A stretch of DNA of 64,000 bases from an uncultured Nitrospiraceae bacterium. GTDB taxonomy: Bacteria > Nitrospirota > Nitrospiria > Nitrospirales > Nitrospiraceae. The notes beneath the pieces were generated by a model that was given only the letters and a program-made list of their open reading frames with translations, did not search any database and was not told where the DNA came from. This document shows, piece by piece, positions 40,789 to 51,025 of the stretch. The DNA lies in contig CAVSTP010000004.1 of NCBI GenBank assembly GCA_963730935.1, positions 608,001-672,000 on the forward strand. The letters are read 5' to 3'. The first letter of the stretch is position 1. The number at the start of each line of letters is the position of its first letter. The translations under genes and the position numbers were made by a program.

Positions 40789-42393
40789 CTAGCCCATGTC
40801 TTTCAAGATGTGGTCGGGATTCCGATCATGGCCAATGCTCTTCATGAGGGCGTCTTGAAACAGCACGACCACCCGCCCGCGCTGGTCCTTCACGATCATG
40901 GAGGTGGAAGGCGCCTTGAAGGTGGCCGGGTCGCCCTCCAGCCAGGCACTACATGTGAAGGGCAACGCATCGAGCACGGTCTCCACGCGATATTCATGAC
41001 GCAGCCGGTATTGCAACACATCGAACTGCAACCGGCCGACGGCGGCGACCAGCGATTCCAGATCGTTGAGACTGCGCATGATTTGCACCGTGCCTTCCTG
41101 CGCCATCTGTTCGATCCCTCTGTCGAACGCCTTGCGCTTGCCGACGTCGGTCGGCCTGATGCGAGCGAAGATCTCCGGCTGAAATTGCGGCAACGGCTTG
41201 AAGGCAAAGCCGCCGGTTGTCGAAATCGTGTCGCCGATGGCAAAGACGCCGGGATTGATGATGCCGATGATGTCGCCGGGAAATGCCTCCTCGACTGTGG
41301 CGCGTTCCTGCGCGACGAGGCTGTGCGGCCTGGACAGACGGATGTCGCGCCCCAGTCGCCGATGCTTCACCACCATATCCCGCTCGAAACGACCCGAGCA
41401 GACGCGGAGGAACGCCGTGCTGTCGCGATGCTTGGGGTTCATGTTGGCCTGTAGTTTGAAGACGTAGGCGCTGAACGGCCGTTCAATCGGATCTATGGCC
41501 AGTTCGCTTCCATCATCGCCATCGGCCGGGCGTGCGCCGGGAGAAGGCGCCAGACGCACGAACGCGTCCAGGAAGCTTTCCACGCCGAAATTCGTCAGCG
41601 CCGACCCGAAAAATACCGGCGTCACGTCTCCGTCTAAAAATTGTTCGTGCGAAAGCGGATTGCCGGCAATGGCCAGCAGTTCCAAATCGTGCTGGACCTG
41701 CCCCATGACGTCCGCGGACACGCGCCCGCTTGCAGCCAGGTCTGCCAGTGCCATCGTCTGCACGTCGACTTTCGTGGCGCCACCGTGTGCGGTCTTACTG
41801 AAGAGCGCCACGCGGTTGTCATCGCGCATCACGATGCCCGCAAAGTCGCTACCCGATCCGATCGGCCAGTTCACGGCGCTGGCATGAATCGTCAAAGCTT
41901 GCTCCACCTCAGTCATCAAGTCCAAGGGCGGACGCCCGGGAAGGTCCATCTTGTTCACGAACGTCAACACCGGAATGCGGCGGAGGCGACAGACGGCAAA
42001 GAGCTTCCGCGTCTGCGTTTCGACACCTTTCGCTGCATCGATGACCATAATGGCGCTGTCGGCGGCCGTCAGCGTCCGGTAGGTGTCTTCCGAAAAGTCC
42101 TGGTGTCCCGGGGTGTCGAGAAGATTGATCACGGCATCTTTGTAGGGAAACTGCATCGCAGAGGCGGTAATGGAGATACCCCGCTCCTGTTCCATGCCCA
42201 TCCAGTCGGAGGCCGCCGTCTTGCCCCCTTTGCGCCCGCGCACCATCCCGGCCGTCCGGATCAACCCCGAGTACAGGAGGAGCTTCTCCGTCAACGTCGT
42301 TTTCCCGGCGTCCGGGTGACTGATGATGGCGAACGTCCGGCGCTTGGCCGTGGCGGCTGCCAATTCACTCTGTTCAGTTGAGGCCGTGCGCAT
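40789..42393 (-). CDS. prfC: Peptide chain release factor 3
   Basis: RRTFAIISHPDAGKTT, DTPGHQDFSEDTYR, NKMD, VGRLQFDV. Confidence 0.97.
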   Translation of the reverse strand: MRTASTEQSELAAATAKRRTFAIISHPDAGKTTLTEKLLLYSGLIRTAGMVRGRKGGKTAASDWMGMEQERGISITASAMQFPYKDAVINLLDTPGHQDFSEDTYRTLTAADSAIMVIDAAKGVETQTRKLFAVCRLRRIPVLTFVNKMDLPGRPPLDLMTEVEQALTIHASAVNWPIGSGSDFAGIVMRDDNRVALFSKTAHGGATKVDVQTMALADLAASGRVSADVMGQVQHDLELLAIAGNPLSHEQFLDGDVTPVFFGSALTNFGVESFLDAFVRLAPSPGARPADGDDGSELAIDPIERPFSAYVFKLQANMNPKHRDSTAFLRVCSGRFERDMVVKHRRLGRDIRLSRPHSLVAQERATVEEAFPGDIIGIINPGVFAIGDTISTTGGFAFKPLPQFQPEIFARIRPTDVGKRKAFDRGIEQMAQEGTVQIMRSLNDLESLVAAVGRLQFDVLQYRLRHEYRVETVLDALPFTCSAWLEGDPATFKAPSTSMIVKDQRGRVVVLFQDALMKSIGHDRNPDHILKDMG

Positions 42394-42941
42394 GCTGTCG
42401 CGCAGCATATCATAGCGGACGACCTGGGCGGGAGACTCCGCATGGCTGACAGCTATTGCGCGTTTGGATCAGGGTAATACGAAGGACTCCATTTTGCCGA
42501 TGTGGATACCGTAGTGAGGATTCCCAGTGCCCGATGACAAGGCATTGATGAGGGGAAGAAACAACTCGTGAGAGACCCAGGCGTCGGGATCAAGAAGCAC
42601 TGTCATTTCTGACAGTATCCATGCGCCTTTTTCTATGAGAAGAGTGCCTGCGTAAAAATCCGGAGGAGGACAATTGAAACTCACGAGAGGTTTGAGCCCT
42701 GGGGAAAAACATCATGTATGTCGGCGCACCGATCCTGGCGATCGCCGCGGATCTAGCACTCCCCCCGGATAACCAGTTCCCGGCGGTTGTTGGTTCCGGG
42801 AGCAGTTGGCGCGGAGTCCTTCCTGCCGACACCGCCCCTTGCACCACGCGGTACGCCCCTTCCCGTCGGTGGAACCGACTAGGTCGACTCCTCGTTGTGC
42901 GGGACCGCATGTCTTCTTAGAGTAGCGACACGGAGGTGGAC

Positions 42942-44486
42942 ATGAATGTCTTGCTCGTGCATCCCGGCCCCCTGATGTATACGAAAATCTATCTGCGCCT
43001 CGAACCGCTCGGCGTTGAACTGGTTGCCTCGGCGGCGCGGGCGCTCGGTCACCGGGTGACCCTGCTCGATCTGCAGGTGGAATCCCACCGTGACTACCTT
43101 CGCCTGTTACATGAACAGCGGCCGGAAGTCGTGGGGTTTTCGTGCAATTATCTCGCAAATGTGCCGGAGATCGTCGACCTCGCCAAGTTAACCAAACAGC
43201 TGCTGCCTACTTGTCGGGTCTTCGTAGGAGGGCATAGCGCCTCGTTCGTTGCGCAGGCGATCCTCGAGCATGCCGACGGCGCGATCGATTGCGTAGTGAA
43301 GGGCGAAGGGGAATCGGCCGTGGGTCCGTTGCTCGAGGCGTTCGCCGGTGAGCACAGGGCCTTGGGACTTGTGCCAGGCGCCGTGACGCCCATGGGCGAG
43401 GGGCCATCGGTTCGAATGCTCGAGCACCTCGATGACCATCGGCCGGCCCGGGATCTGGTTCGCCACCGCCGCAAATACTTCATCGGTGTGCTTGACCCTT
43501 GCGCGTCCATCGAATTTACCAGGGGTTGTCCATGGGACTGCTCCTTCTGCAGCGCCTGGACCTTCTACGGCCGCAGCTATCGCACTCGCAGCGCCGAAGC
43601 CATCGTTGATGACCTGAGCCGCGTGCGAGAGCCGGGGGTCTTTATTGTCGATGACGTCGCTTTCATTCAGGCCAAACAAGGGATGGCCATCGGTGAAGCG
43701 ATTGCCCGTCGCGGCATCAACAAACAGTACTATCTCGAAACGCGCGGCGACGTGCTGCTGCGAAACAAGGAGGTGTTCCAATTCTGGAAGACCCTCGGTC
43801 TCGCCTACATGTTCATCGGCATTGAAGCGATCGACGAAGAGGGCCTCGCCCTCCATCGCAAACGCATCACGTTAAGCAAGAATTTTGAAGCGCTGGACTT
43901 CGCCAGGTCTCTCGGAATTACGGTCGCCATCAACCTGATTGCCGATCCCTCGTGGGATCGCCGACGGTTCGACGTCGTCCGCCAGTGGTGTTTGGAGATT
44001 CCGGAGATCGTAAACATCAGCGTCAATACTCCGTATCCGGGGACGGAGACCTGGCACACGGAAGCACGGCGCGTGACGACCCGCGACTATCGTCTCTACG
44101 ATATTCAACATGCGGTGCTGCCCACGACCTTGCCTTTGCCTGAATTCTATGCAGAACTGGTCAAAACGCAGCAGGTCTTAAATACCAAGCATCTCGGCTG
44201 GACGGCGCTGAAATCCACGGCCCGTATTGCCGCGGGACATTTGCTGCGGGGTCAGACCAATTTCGTGAAGATGCTGTGGAAGTTCAACAGCGTGTACAAC
44301 CCGAACCTACAGATGGCCGACCACGCTCGCCCGGTGATCTACCAAATGCCTCTGCCGCCGGAGCCGGTCGCCGACATCGCCTCTCACCTCCTGTATATTC
44401 ATCGCAGTCAGGGGCGGGCCGGCCGCGTGCTGGACGAGGCGACCGAGCAGTTTGTCGAAACGACCCGCATGCGCAACACCGGCTAG
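42942..44486 (+). CDS. hpnR: B12-dependent radical SAM methylase, hopanoid C-3 methylase-like
   Basis: N-terminus LLVHPGPLMYTKIYLRLEPLG, B12-binding GGHSAS, RGCPWDCSFC, TPYPGTE; recognised as HpnR family from memory. Confidence 0.75.
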   Translation: MNVLLVHPGPLMYTKIYLRLEPLGVELVASAARALGHRVTLLDLQVESHRDYLRLLHEQRPEVVGFSCNYLANVPEIVDLAKLTKQLLPTCRVFVGGHSASFVAQAILEHADGAIDCVVKGEGESAVGPLLEAFAGEHRALGLVPGAVTPMGEGPSVRMLEHLDDHRPARDLVRHRRKYFIGVLDPCASIEFTRGCPWDCSFCSAWTFYGRSYRTRSAEAIVDDLSRVREPGVFIVDDVAFIQAKQGMAIGEAIARRGINKQYYLETRGDVLLRNKEVFQFWKTLGLAYMFIGIEAIDEEGLALHRKRITLSKNFEALDFARSLGITVAINLIADPSWDRRRFDVVRQWCLEIPEIVNISVNTPYPGTETWHTEARRVTTRDYRLYDIQHAVLPTTLPLPEFYAELVKTQQVLNTKHLGWTALKSTARIAAGHLLRGQTNFVKMLWKFNSVYNPNLQMADHARPVIYQMPLPPEPVADIASHLLYIHRSQGRAGRVLDEATEQFVETTRMRNTG

Positions 44487-44513
44487 CTCGGCGGATCGTC
44501 GCTCCCTGCGCGG

Positions 44514-44912
44514 TCACGTGCGCCCCTGTTCGGCCTGGCCCTGCCAGAGCATGTCGTAGCCCAGTTCCTTCGTGTCGGCGCACATCGCGGCGAGCGCGGC
44601 AAACTTGCGCGTGAACAGTTCGTTCGCGTGCGACCGCTCGTGATCCTCAAACGAGCGCCAATAGGTCACGATCACGTAGTGATTCTCCGCGGTCTTGGAA
44701 CCGGACAGCGTTCCCTCTTCCGACACGAACCCCGAGAAGCGAAATACCTGCCCCGCGAGAAATCCGCCCTTGTCTCCTCCATACGTCTCCTTGACGACAC
44801 TGCACAGTTCTCCGACTGCCAGTTCGATGTCTTCGAACGTGATTCCAGGTTTCAGGGTGACGCTGTTGAATAACATCTTGGCCCCGAACGGCAGTGTGAT
44901 TGGTCCAAACAT
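44514..44912 (-). CDS. Dimeric alpha-beta barrel (ABM-like) protein
   Basis: GGAGGAG RBS; LKPG...GFLAGQVF...YVIVTYWRSFEDHERSH pattern. Confidence 0.6.
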   Translation of the reverse strand: MFGPITLPFGAKMLFNSVTLKPGITFEDIELAVGELCSVVKETYGGDKGGFLAGQVFRFSGFVSEEGTLSGSKTAENHYVIVTYWRSFEDHERSHANELFTRKFAALAAMCADTKELGYDMLWQGQAEQGRT

Positions 44913-45024
44913 ATGCTCCTCCGAGACGTGTGGCCTGGCCGCCGGCGTCACGGTCCGCAGCCGGTCTATCTATCTATGTGGGCGCGCAGACGCCTGCATC
45001 GGCACCCGGGATCATTCTACCGCG

Positions 45025-46647
45025 CTATCTGCCGCGCTCTCGTGTCACGCGGCGCTCACCGATACCCAAACGCAGGGCTTCGATGTCCAACTCATGTTCG
45101 AGCCGATGCAACACGTCGTCGCTGATCGTGCCGTTATCGCGCATGCCGATTAACGCCACCCGCTCGGCAGTGAGCGTCTCGTGGCGCAACCGCCGGAAGG
45201 CCTCCACCGTCTCGGCCGCACATTCGGGGTCCACGGCGCCATTATTCGCGAATTGATGCCGACGTCGGGTGTAATGGTCGCGCAGGCGGTCCACATGCTC
45301 GGCGGGCGGCCACGGCTGTTCCGACAATTCTTCCAGGCGCGTCAAGGCCATCGACGCGGCATGCGCACGAGCCCGCATCTCTTCTTCTTCCAGCACTCGA
45401 TTGTCGTCCTCGACCCGCAGGGCGCGAATCAGGGGCGCGAGCGAGAGTCCCTGCAGGACGAGCGTGGCCAGGATCACCGAAAAACTGATCAAGATGATTT
45501 CCGCGCGGAAGGGCAGCGGCGCGCCGGTGTTCGTCGTCAGCGGCAGCGCCAGTGCCGCAGCGAGGGTGACGATGCCGCGCATGCCGGTCCAGCCGATGAG
45601 AAAAATGTTCGGCCAGGGCGGAAGCGGATCCCGTGTCCGGATGGTTCGGCTGACCCAACGGGGGATAAGCGCTGCAAGGGGCACCCAGCCAAGACGGACC
45701 AGGATGGCGGTCAGGCTGATGATCGCACCGGTTGCCAACAGCGTGCCGAATCGCTCGGCGGGAACGGCCTGGCGGAGCGCACCAAGTTGTAAGCCGATCA
45801 GGATGAAGATAAACCCGTTCAACACAAAAATGAGAAGATCCCAGACCGCGCGGGCTTGTATGCGGGTGACCGGCGAGACCGCTTCGCTGAAATATTGTCG
45901 GACGTATAAGCCGCCTGCGACACACGCCAGTACGGCCGACGCGTGCGCCTGTTCCCCCACGACCCACGCCACGTACGGAGCCAGCAACGTAATGGCGATC
46001 TCTGTGAAACTATCCTGCGTGGCACAGAGGGCCCATCGCGTCGCCATCCCGACGGCGAGACCAATCGCAACACCTGCCACGCCGGCAAAGACCACGTCAA
46101 AGACCGTCGGCCCGAATGCAATGCTTCCGCCTACCGCTGCTCCGACCGCCGTGCGGTATAGAACCAGCGCTGTGGCATCGTTGACCAGGCTCTCTCCTTC
46201 AAGAATCGTCACGATGCGCCGAGGAATGTGCAGCCGCCTCGCAATCGCCGTGGCGGACACCGCATCGGGAGGCGAGACAATGGCGCCCAGAGCAATGGCC
46301 TCGGCCCATTCCATCCCCGGCAACAAGAGGCGTGCCACGTATGCCACGGCCGCGGTGGTCGCGAGCACCAGTCCAACCGCTAACAACGAGATCGGACGGA
46401 TGTTGTAGCGAAATTCCCGCCAGGAGGTGAAGTACGCCGCCGCCCACAAGATCGGCGGCAGAAACACCAGAAATACGAGATCGGGCCTCAACGTGACGAC
46501 CGGCAGCCCTGGGACCAGCCCCAAGACCAATCCCCCGATGACCAGCAGAATCGGATACGGAACGACGATTTTTTGTGCGAGAGTGGTGAGGGCGAGCACG
46601 ACACCGAGGAGGAGAATGACGACTTCGAGTTGATGCAACCCATCCAT
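45025..46647 (-). CDS. CPA1-family Na+/H+ antiporter
   Basis: FLPPIL, SPPDAVS, LEGESLVNDATAL, GMRGIVTLAAAL, LQGLSL. Confidence 0.93.
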   Translation of the reverse strand: MDGLHQLEVVILLLGVVLALTTLAQKIVVPYPILLVIGGLVLGLVPGLPVVTLRPDLVFLVFLPPILWAAAYFTSWREFRYNIRPISLLAVGLVLATTAAVAYVARLLLPGMEWAEAIALGAIVSPPDAVSATAIARRLHIPRRIVTILEGESLVNDATALVLYRTAVGAAVGGSIAFGPTVFDVVFAGVAGVAIGLAVGMATRWALCATQDSFTEIAITLLAPYVAWVVGEQAHASAVLACVAGGLYVRQYFSEAVSPVTRIQARAVWDLLIFVLNGFIFILIGLQLGALRQAVPAERFGTLLATGAIISLTAILVRLGWVPLAALIPRWVSRTIRTRDPLPPWPNIFLIGWTGMRGIVTLAAALALPLTTNTGAPLPFRAEIILISFSVILATLVLQGLSLAPLIRALRVEDDNRVLEEEEMRARAHAASMALTRLEELSEQPWPPAEHVDRLRDHYTRRRHQFANNGAVDPECAAETVEAFRRLRHETLTAERVALIGMRDNGTISDDVLHRLEHELDIEALRLGIGERRVTRERGR

Positions 46648-46793
46648 AGACGTATCGATTCCGTCTGCCGCACGGTAGGCTACGCGGCCAAAAGGATGGA
46701 GTCAAATGGATGAAAGGTCACTCCCGCGATTGGGCGAGCGCCTCCCACCCCCTTGTCAACCGAGGGTCGGGGGCCAGGCAGGACTCGCGATGA

Positions 46794-47117
46794 TCAGCGG
46801 ACCGGCGGTGCGACGTCAGGGATCTGCAAGGTGATCGAAAGAGCCGGCCCGTCCGGAGCAACTTTTGCGGCGATCTTGTCTCCGGTTTTGAGCTTCGCGG
46901 AGGCACCTTCTATCTTGGTTTCCGGGGTCACTCGTAGACGCACTTCGTGCCCGGACATTTCTCGTACCACCAGCTCGTTTCCTTCCCAATAGAGCACATC
47001 GCCCTTAATCTCAGAGCCAACAGTGGTGGTTGGAGTGTTGGTGGGTGGCGAAGGTTCTGCCCAGGCCGAATGCCCAACGCCCGAAACCAGGAGCAATAAA
47101 GTGAACAGAAGCGTCAT
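46794..47117 (-). CDS. Small exported beta-barrel-like protein
   Basis: GGAGGAGG RBS, signal peptide, TTGACA-17-TAGGCT promoter at 47169-47141. Confidence 0.75.
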   Translation of the reverse strand: MTLLFTLLLLVSGVGHSAWAEPSPPTNTPTTTVGSEIKGDVLYWEGNELVVREMSGHEVRLRVTPETKIEGASAKLKTGDKIAAKVAPDGPALSITLQIPDVAPPVR

Positions 47118-47290
47118 ACCCTAGCCTCCTCCCTAGTCTCAGCCTACAAATCCCCACGACCCTTGTCAAATCGGCAAGAGTGCTGGCTCAGGCCGCCACT
47201 GCATCACCCCCCGTATCAGGGAACGAAGCCACGGAAATCTAGGGGTCGGACGAGACGCGATTTCCCGAAAAACACGCGATCGTAACCGGT

Positions 47291-47632
47291 ATGCGGTCGA
47301 TGCTCCGACAAACCGCGGTCGGTGGGCTGTGGCTGATCATTGGCGTTCTTCCCGTCTTCGCACAGGCCGACAGGATGGGTGGACCGGTCGAGTTCCGCTC
47401 CGCTGATCGGCCGATTCCTGCACCGACGCTTAGGTCTGCCGACTCAGCGTCATCCGACGCCAACAAGTCTCTCACGATCGGTCCTCCGGCAGTGGACGAC
47501 GTGCTCAAGCAGATCGACCGAGAACTGGGCCGAACAGGGACGAGAACCGACGCCGAGTCTGGCCGCCAGGGCTCATCCCCAGAGACCGGCGAGGCCGACA
47601 GACGCGGTTTAGGCGGAAGTACGTTCAAGTGA
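47291..47632 (+). CDS. Hypothetical exported low-complexity protein
   Basis: Signal-like N-terminus ending VFAQA. Confidence 0.5.
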   Translation: MRSMLRQTAVGGLWLIIGVLPVFAQADRMGGPVEFRSADRPIPAPTLRSADSASSDANKSLTIGPPAVDDVLKQIDRELGRTGTRTDAESGRQGSSPETGEADRRGLGGSTFK

Positions 47633-47700
47633 CCACGGGATTCCGATATGAGGAGGAAGGCAAGGAGACCAAGGGCAAATCAAAACTCTAAGGAGGCTTC

Positions 47701-47928
47701 ATGAAAGCGTTGATTCGTCTAATTGTCGCCCTGTTGTTGTCATGGCCCGGTCTGGGCTGGGCTGAGGACGCGTCTCACGGCGGGTACCGTGGTATTGCCA
47801 CGATCTATTACGCATTGATCTGGGGAATCCTCGTCTATGGCTTATGGGACGCCTTCGGTAAGAAAGCGTTCTATGTTGGAGCCCCGGTGATGGCCGTGAT
47901 CATCTATTTCCTCCTCCCCTCAACGTGA
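47701..47928 (+). CDS. Small membrane protein with signal peptide
   Basis: AAGGAGG RBS; signal peptide plus two TM helices. Confidence 0.75.
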   Translation: MKALIRLIVALLLSWPGLGWAEDASHGGYRGIATIYYALIWGILVYGLWDAFGKKAFYVGAPVMAVIIYFLLPST

Positions 47929-47967
47929 AGAGGCGCAAGTTAGGGAACAACAGACGAGGCCGTCGAC

Positions 47968-48711
47968 CTATTGGGTCAAGAGATCGGACGGATCCAGCAC
48001 GTCGTGAAACACGGTGGCCAGATCGAGGAGCGCTCGGCTCCCGTCTCCGACATACACCGACCCATGCATGGTTGCCAGGGTTTTCGGGCTGAGGGTCGCC
48101 AAGCGTTTGAGCGTGGTATCCGTCAACGTGCAGTACGGAAGATAGTTCGCCAGCGGTCCCTGTTGATACTCCACGAGCACCTCCCGGCACCGGCCGATGA
48201 TGTCCGACTGCGTCACCGGCTCCACATTCCCTAGCTGATGGAATAAATCAGAGCACAACAACGTCCGCTGCGTCTCTTCGAACAGGAGACCCGCTTCCCA
48301 ACAGTGCGGGACATGCGGCGTCGCAAGAAACCGGAAGCGATAGTGCCCCGTTGCTAAAATTTCGCCGTCCGTCATTCCTTTCGCGGGACGCAGGGACAAA
48401 CAGTCGTCAACGCTCACTAGCTTGCCCACCAGACTGCACACCGCAGTGGCATGCGGCGCCAGCGTCTGCCATTCCGGCAACGTGCCGCACTCATCGGCTT
48501 CGAAATGACTGAACGCGATCCACCGCAGGCGAGCAGGATCGATGAGCGAACCCACCGCCTCCTTCGCTTCGGAAAACAGCATCCTCGGGCCGGTGTGAAA
48601 GAGGAGCGGCTCCTCGTCCCGCACGAGGAATTGACTGAACTGCATATTGAACGGCTCAATGAAGGTCGTGATGCGGAAGAGATCAGGAGCCACCTCGGTA
48701 ATCTGCGTCAT
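47968..48711 (-). CDS. MBL-fold di-iron protein (FprA/ODP-like N-domain)
   Basis: [22 protein letters not shown]. Confidence 0.82.
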   Translation of the reverse strand: MTQITEVAPDLFRITTFIEPFNMQFSQFLVRDEEPLLFHTGPRMLFSEAKEAVGSLIDPARLRWIAFSHFEADECGTLPEWQTLAPHATAVCSLVGKLVSVDDCLSLRPAKGMTDGEILATGHYRFRFLATPHVPHCWEAGLLFEETQRTLLCSDLFHQLGNVEPVTQSDIIGRCREVLVEYQQGPLANYLPYCTLTDTTLKRLATLSPKTLATMHGSVYVGDGSRALLDLATVFHDVLDPSDLLTQ

Positions 48712-48836
48712 TATTCCTCCTTGTGAAAAAACAGATCATGGCTTCCTCGACAGAAGCGTTCATTCCACGACCGCTTCCCGGTCTTAGGGACTATGTGTCG
48801 GATCTAGCGAACGAGAGGGAACTTACCAATCCAGTG

Positions 48837-49502
48837 CTATGGCGGCAGTGCATAGTCCCGCCCCAGGCGAGAGGTTTGAAACAATCGAAACTGCATGTGC
48901 CTGACATCTAAAAAAGGATATTGCTGTTTGACCATCTGTTTGTAGTGTTCGAACCCTTCGCGCCCTCCCGGATAGTAGCGCCAAATGGTCGGCTCCTTGT
49001 AACAGTCCAATCCGAAGTGCCCGATGTAGACCAATTCCCCGGCCTTCACGGTGAACGTCCCTCCGATCGGCTTGCCTCCTTCGAAGAGCCGCGCACGACC
49101 CACATTCGTAATCTTCGCATCGGTCGTCGATGCCACCTTGATGGCGAACGTTGCCAGGCCATACTCGCCCGGATCCAACATCAGCACGTAGTTTGTGGCC
49201 GGCCCTCCTCCATAGGATGGAGAGCCTTCCAAGACGACATCGGCCGTGGCATTGTCAGCCGTGGTCTCATTCGGCAGCCGGTCGAAACCGAAGGACCACA
49301 GTTGTCCATTCACAAATTGCCCACAGTTCCACGTACGGCCCCATAGTGCAGAGAGGACCACGAATCCCTTGGCCGCATCTTTTCTATAAGACTCCGGGGT
49401 CACTTCCTGTTTGGGCCTGGTGACCGCAGATGACGTGCAACCGGCGAGGAGAATGAGCAGTGCCGTGAGCAGCGCACATCTTTTGACCGTATCAGCTTCC
49501 AT
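48837..49502 (-). CDS. Hypothetical lipoprotein
   Basis: Lipobox LAGC; PGEYGL...GTFTVKAGELVYIG. Confidence 0.75.
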   Translation of the reverse strand: MEADTVKRCALLTALLILLAGCTSSAVTRPKQEVTPESYRKDAAKGFVVLSALWGRTWNCGQFVNGQLWSFGFDRLPNETTADNATADVVLEGSPSYGGGPATNYVLMLDPGEYGLATFAIKVASTTDAKITNVGRARLFEGGKPIGGTFTVKAGELVYIGHFGLDCYKEPTIWRYYPGGREGFEHYKQMVKQQYPFLDVRHMQFRLFQTSRLGRDYALPP

Positions 49503-49641
49503 GCGCAGGACCCTACGCTCTCACCAGCCGAACGTCAACAATGGGCCTGGATGGCGGCCGGATCAGGGAACATCGGTCGATGGATGGCAGAGGCAGAATG
49601 CGGTTACGAAATCGCGCAGAGCGACAAAGCAGAAGGATGGC

Positions 49642-50004
49642 TCATTGGAACTTACTGGTGCTCGTTATTCGATTTGAAATCGCCGCGCCCACCTTTGCGG
49701 TCACGATCGAAGGCACCGCGAAGAAACCCAACACCACCATTCCGAGCGGAAACAGATTACCAAACCCTTGATTGGCCAACATCCAGGCACCTTGACCCAA
49801 GTAGGGAACAATCCCCCATCGCCATGTGCGATCAGGCTGCACAAACCCCAGTACACCGGCAATCACACCGAGGGCAGGAATCCCAAAGGTGAAATATAAA
49901 TTCGAGTCCCAGGCCTCTCGCTTGCCCGAGACAGAGGAGATCAGGATCCACACCACAATCCCAGACGTAAACGCGGCCGCATAGAGCCAGGAGTCTTTCT
50001 TCAT
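49642..50004 (-). CDS. Small integral membrane protein
   Basis: About four TM helices; REAWD motif. Confidence 0.7.
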   Translation of the reverse strand: MKKDSWLYAAAFTSGIVVWILISSVSGKREAWDSNLYFTFGIPALGVIAGVLGFVQPDRTWRWGIVPYLGQGAWMLANQGFGNLFPLGMVVLGFFAVPSIVTAKVGAAISNRITSTSKFQ

Positions 50005-50077
50005 AGGACAAAACGTACCCTCCAACCGGAGATGCGTCAAGGTTCAGCGGAGAAACGGCAAGGTCAGAAGATACGTT

Positions 50078-50413
50078 TTATTCTTTGGTGTCGGCGGTAA
50101 GGTACTCGATGATGACTCTCGCATCGGCGAGCGGATCAGTGGTGAAGGGAGCAGCGTCTCGTCGAGGCACGGCGGTGCTCAATCGCTCCGCCGCCTGGCG
50201 GATGGGAAGCGGGAACGCCTCCAGCTGATGAATCCGACGGAGATGTTCCATTGCATCGCCGCGCCAGAGCGGTTCAGGCAGACCAGCCAGCCACGCCTCG
50301 GTCACGAGGGCCACGGCTCGCCTGGCACAAACGCGCGCCTTGCCATCGTTGCCGTCGTTCCATGCCAGCTCTGCCGCAGCAAGTTCTTGATCAAGGAGCG
50401 TCTGGTTGACCAT
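50078..50413 (-). CDS. Hypothetical helical protein
   Basis: Starts 1 nt after the USP stop; GKARVCARRA. Confidence 0.7.
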   Translation of the reverse strand: MVNQTLLDQELAAAELAWNDGNDGKARVCARRAVALVTEAWLAGLPEPLWRGDAMEHLRRIHQLEAFPLPIRQAAERLSTAVPRRDAAPFTTDPLADARVIIEYLTADTKE

Positions 50414-50414
50414 G

Positions 50415-50900
50415 TCATTCCACCACCCAGATCGCAAATCCTTTGGCATCGCGCAGCAATTGATCGGTCACGCCGCCGCCGAAGAGCCGTTTGATGCCGG
50501 ACGACCCATGCCGCCCGACGACGATGGTTTCATGCTTGCCATTCCGCGCCTCTTCCAGAATATTTCTCGCGATATCGTCCTCATGGCCGATCCTCAACGC
50601 CACCCGACTGCGATCGAAGCCGGATTGCGCCAGCGTCTCGAACGCCTTGAGCAGGAATGGACACTCACGTTCTGCTTCCTGTCGAATCCAGGCTTCCTGG
50701 TCCTTGCGCAGTTGCTCACCCAATCGGGCTTCGGCGACGGGATTCTCCGATCCGCCATGCTCCAGCAGTCCCCGAGGCATAGGCTTGAGGACATGAAACA
50801 GCGTGACGGCGGTTTTAGGCGTCTCGCGCAGGAGCGACCCCACATACTTCACCGCGCGATTTGAGTTTTCCGATTCATCGACAGCCACAAGAAATCGCAT
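50415..50900 (-). CDS. Universal stress protein
   Basis: LVAVDESENSNRA, IVVGRHG...FGGGVTDQLL. Confidence 0.9.
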   Translation of the reverse strand: MRFLVAVDESENSNRAVKYVGSLLRETPKTAVTLFHVLKPMPRGLLEHGGSENPVAEARLGEQLRKDQEAWIRQEAERECPFLLKAFETLAQSGFDRSRVALRIGHEDDIARNILEEARNGKHETIVVGRHGSSGIKRLFGGGVTDQLLRDAKGFAIWVVE

Positions 50901-50999
50901 AACGTCCTCCCTGGCAAGCGGTGCGTATTGAATGGTGGACGGTCAATTATAGTATGCCGACAGATTCTCCGATTCTAGGGACCGCCCTGGGCAGTTCAA

Positions 51000-51025
51000 A
51001 TGCTCCCTCCAAGCTTGCTCGTTTC
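51000..51025 (+). repeat. Repeat module A, copy 1
   Basis: ATGCTCCCTCCAAGCTTGCTCGTTTC, identical to 53097-53122. Confidence 0.9.

Noticed and set aside
42690..42935. Cobalamin riboswitch upstream of hpnR
   Set aside because: The conserved motifs (GGGAA...GGTG, GCCACTG, AGYCAGRA B12 box) were not found on the sense strand.
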